Part shown: one piece after another, positions 7,701 to 14,698 of the stretch
Layout of the letters: every line of letters begins with the position of its first letter
Numbering within the stretch: the first letter of the stretch is position 1
NCBI GenBank assembly: GCA_027451365.1
Contig: DAIDJN010000078.1
Coordinates: 1 to 19,946 of the forward strand
Direction of reading: 5' to 3'
Length of the DNA: 19,946 bases
Source: Phycisphaerales bacterium
GTDB lineage: Bacteria > Planctomycetota > Phycisphaerae > WQYP01
Notes under the pieces: model-generated
Told to the model about the DNA's origin: nothing
The model's database searches: none
Seen by the model: the letters and a program-made list of their open reading frames with translations, nothing else
Program-made: the position numbers and the translations under genes

Positions 7701-8371
7701 TACCCAAGGACATGCGCGACAAAATGACACAACAATTTGTGAACGACATTCAGCGGCGCCGCTGGCATCTGGCTACCGGGTTTATCGGAACTCCAAGACT
7801 TTTGCCGGCGCTGAATCTGGCGGGACGCGATGATGTAGCGTACAAACTGCTTTTCCAGACATCGCTTCCGTCCTGGCTTTATCAGGTGAAGACGGGCGGG
7901 TCTACCACCATGTGGGAACGTTGGAACGGCTGGAGTAAATCGCAGGGCTTCGCTTCCATTGGAATGAATTCATTTAACCATTATGCCTTTGGCGCCGTGG
8001 GCCAGTATCTTTATCAAAACGTGGCGGGTATTCAGCCTGGATCTGTCGGCTACAGGCATATTGTGCTGCGGCCCACGCCGGGCCGCGGGCTTAACTGGGC
8101 GCGGGCGGAATATGATTCGATCAGTGGAAAAATCGTCTGCGGCTGGAAGTTGCGCCACGGCAGCCTGTCCGTGGAAGTGGAAATTCCCGTGAACACGACG
8201 GCCCGGCTGTTTTTACCTGCGGAAAAGCCCGGGGATGTTACCGAAAGCGGAAAAGATATTGCCCGGACTATCGGCGTTCACGTTGCGGCCGTGCACAAGC
8301 AAAAAGTGGAATTGCATTTGCAATCAGGGATATACCAGTTCGTCAGCACCTGGAGTTTGCCAAAAGGTTAA
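4745..8371 (+). CDS. Alpha-L-rhamnosidase, glycoside hydrolase family 78, with a twin-arginine signal peptide
   Basis: LRCEYRTNPLGI...PRLSW N-terminal domain, LYATALGLY and LTPGWTDY, YDLGQNMVGW, FTFHGFRYVE, catalytic PTDCPQRDERLGWTGD, TTMWERWN and MNSFNHYAFGAV. NRREIIGLGILAATAAA is a Tat-type signal. GAGG lies upstream of ATG 4745 (alternative ATG 4808). Confidence 0.95.
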   Translation: MHEEQLSHPSGVVHEPTPHGQMNRREIIGLGILAATAAAVTVRAAAPANTPLLMATNLRCEYRTNPLGIGEVAPRLSWLPESPQPEIRGQIQSAYEILVASTPESLAAGHGDLWATGKVLSDAVSQIAYAGKAMESRMQCWWKVRLFNQAGLPGPWSQPAHWTMGLLKKTDWKAHWIGLDKLDAIGTRDAADAPLIQFGGLKWTRVPENLWKFNNITWQPAEAANTGHSTPPVYFRHRFSIPGGRPIRRATFLATSDDTAEISMNGKVAGHAFRWELAALLEMTTLVQPGWNIATIQITQQDGYPPSAVGRLVVEFIEGDPLIIPISNKWKTSLSAPADWQQANFNDSGWTDAEEMNAPLWQTPCQAGFSYSPARYLQKEFYLDAPVRRATLYATALGLYKARINGRPVGEDYLTPGWTDYHKRVYYNTYDVTEALKEGHNAIGAILGDGWFAGNVASFGRRHYGGLPRFSAQLELELTDGSTQHIYTDETWKGGYGPVRYNDIYVGCCTDLRLNPGAWDQPGFTARGWSFVNSGLAPSTAGAPMDVTETLRKAIHHNQLFLTVSNSLFGRDPALNKVKMLHIRFSIGHKSYVLDVPENQNLAIGQANKTLRVLRATYGPMGEEATGPNPAIEALPDEPVRISRTVSPRVLTEPRPGLHTYDLGQNMVGWVRLKVRGRAGQKIVVRHGEMKNPDGTVYTSNLRGAMATDIYFLKGDGDELLEPTFTFHGFRYVEVRGLDYQPELADLTGVVIHSDFRRTGHFTCSSPAINQLYQNIVWSQRGNHVSIPTDCPQRDERLGWTGDTQFFIPTGAINFDVAAFFTSWLVTLCQDSQSANGSFADVAPAVWGHDGVTAWGDAALICTHQIFKTFGDTRIIERHYNAMKRYFKYPASLTRNNIMTAQGFGDWLNMGGGASMEVIGTAYYAMLTDIMAEMAAAIGKSDDAQGFRALCDGLKTAFARKLIRPDGTIANSSQTGFALAFTMGLVPKDMRDKMTQQFVNDIQRRRWHLATGFIGTPRLLPALNLAGRDDVAYKLLFQTSLPSWLYQVKTGGSTTMWERWNGWSKSQGFASIGMNSFNHYAFGAVGQYLYQNVAGIQPGSVGYRHIVLRPTPGRGLNWARAEYDSISGKIVCGWKLRHGSLSVEVEIPVNTTARLFLPAEKPGDVTESGKDIARTIGVHVAAVHKQKVELHLQSGIYQFVSTWSLPKG

Positions 8372-8397
8372 AAGCCCGCAACGCGATCAGATTAAAT

Positions 8398-8425
8398 CCC
8401 AAGTCCCGACTTTCCGGGTTTTGGG
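8398..8425. terminator. Hairpin between the convergent GH78 and PIN-PhoH genes
   Basis: CCCAAGTCCCG/CGGGTTTTGGG imperfect 11-bp stem in the 71-nt gap between two stop codons. Confidence 0.45.
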
Positions 8426-8442
8426 CGCTTAGATTTCTGCGT

Positions 8443-9795
8443 TTATAGTTCTTTGACCACGAGGCTGGCCAGACTGCTGCGCTCTGGCCGTTCCAGGGTG
8501 ACATGGCCAACCAGGTCGGAATTTTTTAATTTTTCAATGGTAAAGGACAGACCATTGGAATTGGCGTCCAGGTACGGATTATCAATCTGTTCGGCATCTC
8601 CGGTCAGCACGATTTTGGTTCCTTCGCCGACCCGGCTGGCAATTGTTTTAATTTCATGCGGGGTCAGATTCTGAGCTTCATCCACAATCATGAACTGATG
8701 CGGAATGCTTCGCCCCCGGATATAGGTCAGGGCTTCCAGAACGACCTTTCCGCCTTCTATAAGAGCCTTAAGCTTGGCTTCAGTGTTCGCGCTTTCCGCA
8801 CTGTGCACGCGACGGTCGGTCAAAAGAAATTCCAGATTGTCAAAAATAGGCTGCATCCAGGCGGCCATTTTTTCATCTTTGCTGCCCGGCAGGAAGCCGA
8901 TGTCCCGCCCAAGCGGCATAATTGGCCGCGCCACCAGCAGGCGTTCGTAACGCTGGTCATTGAAGCATTTGGTCATGCCCGCGGCCAATGCCAGCAGTGT
9001 TTTACCGGTACCGGCAGTTCCCATTAGTGTAACCATCTGAATATCATCATCCAGAAGAAGGTCCAGCGCCATAATCTGCTGAAGGTTTCGCGGCAGTATG
9101 CCGAAGCAGGCCTTTTTTGTGCGCGTCAGCGGCAGCACCGCATGAAGAGCCGACACAAACCGTCCCAAACCAGTCTGGCTGGGGTCGGCGCTGTTTTTCA
9201 AAAGAACATATTCATTTGGATTCAACCGCGGATTCAGCGCAGCCAAAGCCGGGTCGGTTATTTCCAGCCGCTTTTCCGAATACAGGCGGTCAATTACCGC
9301 CCCCGCCACCGATAATTCCCGGTAGCCGGAATACAAGGTTTCGTAATCTACTTTTTGCGATTCAAAATCCTGGGTATCAAGCCCCAACGCGTCAGATTTA
9401 ATGCGGGCATTAATATCCTTGCTGATGAAAATCACAGTCTTGCCAGCCTGCTTCAGCCGCCACGCTGATGCAATAATGCGGTTGTCCGGAACAGAATCGT
9501 TAAGCCCCGGAACCCGGCCGGAGTCCATATCCACGCGAATGCAGCCGTTATGCCCGTTCCAATGAACTCCCTTGGCCAACCGGCCTTTTTCACGCAATTG
9601 GTCCAGATGGCGGATTACCATGCGGGCATTACGGCCGACATCATTGGAGTCTTTTTTGAATTTATCCAACTCTTCTAAAACGTCAAAAGGAATGACGACC
9701 TGATTATCGTCAAAAGAAAATAGGGAATTTGGATTGTGAAGCAGAACGCTGGTGTCCAGAACGAAATACTTCACAGCCGATTTGGCATCTGCCAT
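8443..9795 (-). CDS. PIN-domain PhoH-family ATPase (PhoH2/YlaK type)
   Basis: N-terminal PIN domain (FVLDTSVLLH, VLEELDKFK, DNRII, SKDINARIK) and PhoH domain (GTAGTGKT, GFLPG, YIRGRS, IVDEAQN, LTGDAEQID). Start reassigned to ATG 9795. Confidence 0.95.
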   Translation of the reverse strand: MADAKSAVKYFVLDTSVLLHNPNSLFSFDDNQVVIPFDVLEELDKFKKDSNDVGRNARMVIRHLDQLREKGRLAKGVHWNGHNGCIRVDMDSGRVPGLNDSVPDNRIIASAWRLKQAGKTVIFISKDINARIKSDALGLDTQDFESQKVDYETLYSGYRELSVAGAVIDRLYSEKRLEITDPALAALNPRLNPNEYVLLKNSADPSQTGLGRFVSALHAVLPLTRTKKACFGILPRNLQQIMALDLLLDDDIQMVTLMGTAGTGKTLLALAAGMTKCFNDQRYERLLVARPIMPLGRDIGFLPGSKDEKMAAWMQPIFDNLEFLLTDRRVHSAESANTEAKLKALIEGGKVVLEALTYIRGRSIPHQFMIVDEAQNLTPHEIKTIASRVGEGTKIVLTGDAEQIDNPYLDANSNGLSFTIEKLKNSDLVGHVTLERPERSSLASLVVKEL

Positions 9796-9939
9796 CACTG
9801 CATCTACCCCTGACCGCGTGTCATAAATCGGGCCACGCGGCACACCCGAACCACCACCATACAGGCCGTGGCAGGCTATCAGTTCAGCCACGGACCAGGT
9901 TGCCCCCCGACCTCGTTGCTGCCCTTTACCCATATATCG

Positions 9940-9968
9940 ACAATATCGCACTCCCAGCGTCAAAGCAA
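9940..9968 (-). promoter_or_regulatory. Putative sigma70 promoter for the PIN-PhoH gene
   Basis: Minus strand TTGCTT-N17-TATTGT, implying a leader of about 137 nt. Confidence 0.45.
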
Positions 9969-10157
9969 CGGCTGAATAACATGCCAGTCGCCATCCGTGG
10001 CGGCCAGCGCATTGGCGGTCCGCGGTGGCATACAGAAACATTGGAATTTAGAAAGGCTACTCATTTCCAGCAGATGAAGAGGTTCAAATACCCGATGGTG
10101 GCAAAATCGTCCTGGGCCGCCTAAAGTGAAAGGGTTGACATTGAAAGGGAACTTGCC

Positions 10158-10652
10158 ATGGAAACCTCCAATTCTCCAACAAATCAGGGTAATAGTGCCG
10201 CCCCGGGACACAATTCTTGTGCAGCCGGTGGCGAAGGTTGCTCGGCTGAGCACTGGAAAAGCCGCTCAGACGCCGACTGGCAAAAAGTATTAACACCCGA
10301 ACAATTCAAAGTGGCAAGACAGGCTGGCACCGAACGGGCCTTCACCGGAAAATACTGGGACACCAAAACGCCCGGACTTTATCGCTGTGCCTGCTGCGGC
10401 CAGCCGCTGTTCAAATCTGAAACAAAATTTTGTTCCGGCACTGGTTGGCCAAGCTTTTGGGCGCCGATTTCCGATACGGCCGTCAGCGAACATCAGGACA
10501 GATCATTTTTTACCGTCCGCACGGAAGTTCGATGCGGCCAATGCGATGCCCACCTGGGGCACGTTTTTCCCGACGGCCCCGCGCCCACCCATCTTCGCTA
10601 TTGCATGAATTCCGCCGTGCTGGAGCTTCTGCCGGAAAAGACCGAAAAATAA
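10158..10652 (+). CDS. msrB: Peptide-methionine (R)-S-oxide reductase, zinc-binding type
   Basis: [20 protein letters not shown] and CGQC zinc pairs, [18 protein letters not shown] and catalytic RYCMNS; AAGGGA ribosome-binding site. Confidence 0.97.
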   Translation: METSNSPTNQGNSAAPGHNSCAAGGEGCSAEHWKSRSDADWQKVLTPEQFKVARQAGTERAFTGKYWDTKTPGLYRCACCGQPLFKSETKFCSGTGWPSFWAPISDTAVSEHQDRSFFTVRTEVRCGQCDAHLGHVFPDGPAPTHLRYCMNSAVLELLPEKTEK

Positions 10653-10694
10653 TAGCCGATTGTGTCGTCGACATTGAAAATGATTTGACCACCT

Positions 10695-10732
10695 CCACAA
10701 TATGGCCATTCCCGCAAGTAGCCATATTGTGG
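10695..10732. repeat. Perfect 12-bp inverted repeat downstream of msrB
   Basis: CCACAATATGGC (10695-10706), a 14-nt loop, GCCATATTGTGG (10721-10732). Confidence 0.85.
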
Positions 10733-10758
10733 CGAGCCAACCGAATTGCGTGCGGCAA

Positions 10759-10787
10759 TTGGCGCGGCGACGATTCTCAATGATAAT
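10759..10787 (+). promoter_or_regulatory. Putative promoter of the small lipoprotein gene
   Basis: TTGGCG (10759-10764)-N17-GATAAT (10782-10787). Confidence 0.35.
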
Positions 10788-10866
10788 CCCGGTGTTCCGA
10801 CAGAGGAGCGGTTTTGGCCGCCCTTGGATAATTCGGAATCATTTATTTGCGGAAAAGAGGTTCATC

Positions 10867-11067
10867 ATGAAACATCCATTCGCACGGTTTTGGGTCATTG
10901 CGACGATACTGTCCACAGCACTTCTGGCCGGCTGCGCCCGCCAGCCGGCGCAAAATGCCCAGAATTCCAACTATTTTGGCCTTAGCGGCCGAACGATACC
11001 GCAGCCGGACATGAGCATCATGCGCAATCAGGCGGCAATTGCCAGCCAGTTGGGCGTGAATCACTGA
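10867..11067 (+). CDS. Small hypothetical lipoprotein (66 aa)
   Basis: AAGAGG RBS 6 nt upstream of ATG; MKHPFARFWVIATILSTALLAG|C has a basic n-region, hydrophobic h-region and LAGC lipobox; polar 44-aa mature part. Confidence 0.75.
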   Translation: MKHPFARFWVIATILSTALLAGCARQPAQNAQNSNYFGLSGRTIPQPDMSIMRNQAAIASQLGVNH

Positions 11068-11160
11068 AATATAATCCGGCAATGGATCGTATTTGGCCGC
11101 TCGCGGACGCCCCTATCCCGATGATCTGGCATCGAGCTGAAACCTTATGGGAGCGCGCGA

Positions 11161-11760
11161 TTGTATTTTCGTCTGCCCGATCACTTTCCCACGGTGCTTT
11201 GGCCATTGTTTGAATTTCAGCCGTTCTTCTGGCTAGCCATTGCGCTACCGGGGGTGGCGACATTGTGGATAGGCTACAGTAGCGGCCGAAGACCAGTTAT
11301 GCGTACTGGCTACCTGGTTCTTGTATTGCTGGCTCTTTGGATAACTGTAGCCCACATTGTGGTGACGCCACGAGAAAGACTGGTCGATCGCCAAAATCTG
11401 CTGGCAGAGGCCGCCGCGGAATCCAACATTCATGATCTGATGCAGCTTTTGGCACCTGATGTTCAATTAGGCCCATGGAACCGTCAGGAAATTAAAACCG
11501 AACTGGCCAGCCGCCTGGCATCGGCGCAAGTCACCGGCAACTATATTCGCAGCAGCCGCACCCAAATTCATGGCCGAAATGCAGTGACCCGGATTTCAGT
11601 CTGGACGCAAACACGTCAATTTGGACCGATACTTTCAAGTTGGCGACTCAATTGGCAGGATGGGCCGCGACCGAAAAACTGGCAGCTGGTGCGAATTCGT
11701 CTTCTTCAAATAAACCATCATCACCTGCCGCCGGGATCGGTGATTCCGTTTGCCCGGTGA
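11161..11760 (+). CDS. Hypothetical membrane protein: two N-terminal TM helices plus a probable NTF2/SnoaL-like domain
   Basis: Hydrophobic FFWLAIALPGVATLWIG and GYLVLVLLALWITVAHIVV, then LAEAAAESNIHDLMQLLAPD...IHGRNAVTRI...WRLNW...WQLVRI, a pattern typical of NTF2-like folds. TTG start is uncertain. Confidence 0.65.
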   Translation: MYFRLPDHFPTVLWPLFEFQPFFWLAIALPGVATLWIGYSSGRRPVMRTGYLVLVLLALWITVAHIVVTPRERLVDRQNLLAEAAAESNIHDLMQLLAPDVQLGPWNRQEIKTELASRLASAQVTGNYIRSSRTQIHGRNAVTRISVWTQTRQFGPILSSWRLNWQDGPRPKNWQLVRIRLLQINHHHLPPGSVIPFAR

Positions 11761-11783
11761 TTGGTTATACTGTCCGCCAGACT

Positions 11784-12671
11784 TCAGGCGACGGCAGCCT
11801 GCCGAATAGTTCCCTTCACACTGCTGGTTCCACCTTCGATGAGATATTCGCGCCCGCGCATGAACTCCGCAAGTTTGCGAAGGGCACCCGCCTCAATCTG
11901 GCGTATGCGTTCGCGGGTAAGTCCCACGCGCCGGGCAATTTGTTCAAGTGTCAGCGGCTTGGTTGCTCCTAGACCATGGCGAAGCCGGACAATCACGGAT
12001 TCGCGGTCCTCAAGTTTTTCCAGATATTGATAAAGCACGCCGCTCAATTCCGATTGCTCCATCACTTTTTCCGGGGCGGGGGTGGCCCGATCCAGCAGCA
12101 GGTCCAGCAGGGTGGCACCGTTTTCGGCCGCGGCGGCGTTGGAAATGCCGCAACGCGAACTTTGTGACGCACTTTGAATGTGGGAAATACTCCGAATAGA
12201 GGTATTCATTTCGCGAGCCAAGTCTTCAGCACACGGTTCATGCCCGACGCGATCGCGAAACGCAAGCGATGAGCCATTGAGATCATTGATCAACTGATTC
12301 ATATAGGCTGGCAGACGAATCGGCCGTGATGTATTCAGAATGCCCTGCCGGATGGCCTGACGAATCCACCATGTGGCGTAAGTGCTGAAACGTACATCCT
12401 TGGATGGATCAAAAAGGTCCACAGCGCGAACCAGACCAATATTGCCCTCGGCAATCAGATCTCCCAGCGACAGCCCCCGGTTGGCAAAACGCCTTGCGAT
12501 GCTGACCACGAGACGAAGATTACAACGAATCAATTCCTGCCGCGCGCTCTGGTCGGCGTGTTCACGCCAGCGACGCGCGGCGGATTTTTCCTGGGCGCCG
12601 GTCAGCAACGGGTATTGCCGAATCTCCGCCAGATATAATCGAATGTCAGTTTCTGCATATTTGCTGGCCAT
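11784..12671 (-). CDS. RNA polymerase sigma-70 factor, RpoD/RpoS-like, lacking region 1.1
   Basis: Region 1.2 (LYLAEIRQYPLLT), region 2 (NLRLVVSIARRF, DLIAEGNIGL, RFSTYATWWIRQAI), region 3, and region 4.2 HTH (TLEQIARRVGLTRERIRQIE); 295 aa. Confidence 0.95.
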   Translation of the reverse strand: MASKYAETDIRLYLAEIRQYPLLTGAQEKSAARRWREHADQSARQELIRCNLRLVVSIARRFANRGLSLGDLIAEGNIGLVRAVDLFDPSKDVRFSTYATWWIRQAIRQGILNTSRPIRLPAYMNQLINDLNGSSLAFRDRVGHEPCAEDLAREMNTSIRSISHIQSASQSSRCGISNAAAAENGATLLDLLLDRATPAPEKVMEQSELSGVLYQYLEKLEDRESVIVRLRHGLGATKPLTLEQIARRVGLTRERIRQIEAGALRKLAEFMRGREYLIEGGTSSVKGTIRQAAVA

Positions 12672-12771
12672 CTCTCAACCTGCCTTCCTTTGTTAGGACT
12701 TCTCCGAGGTTTCCAGTACAAAACAAAATGTTCTACCAACATGCGGTCAGACTTGACCGGACTTGATGTGA

Positions 12772-12801
12772 ATTGTATCGTCCCGACGGGCCGCATCACA
12801 A
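12772..12801 (-). promoter_or_regulatory. Putative promoter of the sigma factor gene
   Basis: Minus strand TTGTGA-N18-TACAAT. Confidence 0.4.
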
Positions 12802-12890
12802 GAGCAGAATATTTTTTTCCCGCGTCCCATAAATTGGATTTCAGCAAACCCATAAGAAAAGTTCGCGTTTGCGGCACTAGCCGGTGTCCC

Positions 12891-14465
12891 TTATCCGATA
12901 GCAATCGTCAGCTCAGGTGCTTCCGCAGGCGCGGAATTCTCCAGTCGTGCGAAAAGCGTCATTCCGTGTGTCGCTTGAATTCGAACGCTCACGATGCGGC
13001 CTTCGAGTTTCGCCGAACCGTCAAAAACCACAATCTGGTCCGACGTTGTACGGCCCACAAGTTGCAACGTATCGGCATTGGCCGACGCCGAAGGACGTTC
13101 AGGCTTGACCGGCGAGCTGACGGTGGTGACCATCTGGCCCAGCCCGCGTGCCAGTGTCGCACCAAGCTCCACCCGATCAACCGCGGCGGCCGGGGCGGAT
13201 GGCGCCGCCGGTGCACCGTCGTTTGAATTTTTCCAGCCGCTGGGTCCTTCACAAAGTACCTTTACGGTAGTGCCCAGCATTTCCTGATTTAGTTCATAAA
13301 TAATCTTATTTTGCAGTTCCAGAAGATGATTGTTGCGGCGCCGCTTCTCCATATCTGGCACATCATCGGCATGACGGCGAATTGCTATTGTGCCAGGTCG
13401 TGGTGAATACTTGAAGATAAAGCTGTTTTTCAGGCGAACCTGGTTCAGCAGTTCCCATGTCGCCAGATAGTCGGTTTCGGTTTCGGTTGGAAAGCCGACA
13501 ATAAAATCTCCGGCCAGCGCGATTCCCGGCACAATGCGCCGCGCCCGCTCCACCAGCGAATGATAGTCTTCCACCGTGTAGCCACGGTTCATCAGTTTCA
13601 GGATACGGTTGGACCCGGATTGAGCCGGCACGTGCAGGAACCGACAAATACGCGGGCAAGCCGCCATTACTTGAAGTATATCATCGCCGAAATCCGCGGG
13701 AAAACTGGTTAAGAACCGCAGCCGCGGTAATTGCGGAATCGATTCATGCATCCGGTAAAGAAGCTCGGCGAAGGTGGTTCGTCCCGTGCCACCGGCCTCT
13801 TGATGCACATAATGATTGACGGTCTGGCCCAACAGAGTAATTTCGCGGGCACCGGCGTCCACCAGGCGGCGAGCCTCGTCAATTATTGCGTCGGGCGACC
13901 GGGAAATTTCCGGCCCGCGCGTATATGGAACCACACAATAGGTGCAGAATTTGTTGCAGCCGCGAACAATCCGCACATACGCCTGATATTTGTTTTCATG
14001 TGGTGAAAAGCTGCGTGAAAGGTCCAATGATTCCAGCCCGTCGGCGCCCGATTCCATTGTGCCACTGCGGCGACTTGTATTGCCGGCCAGCGCGGCCTGC
14101 TGTTTACCCGTTAGAAAGGCATTATTGAGCAGCATGGGCAGCTTATCCAGTTCACCTGGACCGCATAAGATATCCACTTGGGGAAGGCGTTTGAGCATTT
14201 TCACGCCGTCGCGCTCTGCCATGCACCCTAGCACCCCCACCACCAGTTCCGGCTGCTCGGTCTTGCGGATTTTCATTCGGCCCAGGCGCGAGAGAATTTT
14301 ATCTTCCGAATGCTGCCTTACTGAACAGGTGTTGTACAGCACGACATCCGCTTGATCGGAATCAGCAATAAAGTCGTAACCCAGCGCGCCAAGCTGTCCC
14401 CGGACCAGTTCGCTATCCAGAACGTTCATCTGGCAACCAAACGTTTCTAGAAAAATTTTCTTCAT
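12891..14465 (-). CDS. miaB: tRNA-2-methylthio-N6-dimethylallyladenosine synthase
   Basis: UPF0004 domain (ETFGCQMN, NTCSVR, LGCMAE), radical-SAM GCNKFCTYC-VVPYTRG, LLGQTVN, PAQSGS, DFIVGFPTETE, FKYSPRPGT, and a C-terminal TRAM domain. Start reassigned to ATG 14465 (GGAG upstream). Confidence 0.95.
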   Translation of the reverse strand: MKKIFLETFGCQMNVLDSELVRGQLGALGYDFIADSDQADVVLYNTCSVRQHSEDKILSRLGRMKIRKTEQPELVVGVLGCMAERDGVKMLKRLPQVDILCGPGELDKLPMLLNNAFLTGKQQAALAGNTSRRSGTMESGADGLESLDLSRSFSPHENKYQAYVRIVRGCNKFCTYCVVPYTRGPEISRSPDAIIDEARRLVDAGAREITLLGQTVNHYVHQEAGGTGRTTFAELLYRMHESIPQLPRLRFLTSFPADFGDDILQVMAACPRICRFLHVPAQSGSNRILKLMNRGYTVEDYHSLVERARRIVPGIALAGDFIVGFPTETETDYLATWELLNQVRLKNSFIFKYSPRPGTIAIRRHADDVPDMEKRRRNNHLLELQNKIIYELNQEMLGTTVKVLCEGPSGWKNSNDGAPAAPSAPAAAVDRVELGATLARGLGQMVTTVSSPVKPERPSASANADTLQLVGRTTSDQIVVFDGSAKLEGRIVSVRIQATHGMTLFARLENSAPAEAPELTIAIG

Positions 14466-14513
14466 CGCAGCCAAGCTCCACAGGCCCTTTTCGACGGGCC
14501 AATAAACAATTCG

Positions 14514-14542
14514 ATTATATCGCAAGACCGCGTTATTGTCCC
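14514..14542 (-). promoter_or_regulatory. Putative miaB promoter
   Basis: Minus strand GGGACA-N17-TATAAT (consensus -10) about 50 nt upstream of the ATG. Confidence 0.5.
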
Positions 14543-14698
14543 CCACGATTTTGCTCCCCTTCCGATTCAACGGTGGCGCATTTTTCCAGCGTCCGCCATC
14601 AGGACACGGACGCCAAACGGCCATGCAAATCCTAACCGCCCCCAATTATCCGGTTTAGCTCTTTTTAAAGCGTGGCGCTGACCGGATGATCAGAATTT

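Noticed and set aside
9796..10041. 82-aa N-terminal extension of PIN-PhoH, or an upstream antitoxin ORF
   Set aside because: PIN homology begins at the Met at 9795, the extension spans the predicted promoter, and no separate RBS-supported small ORF was seen.
455..14465. rlmN and miaB as a tRNA-A37 modification cluster
   Set aside because: They are more than 11 kb apart and separated by unrelated genes in both orientations, so co-location is probably incidental.
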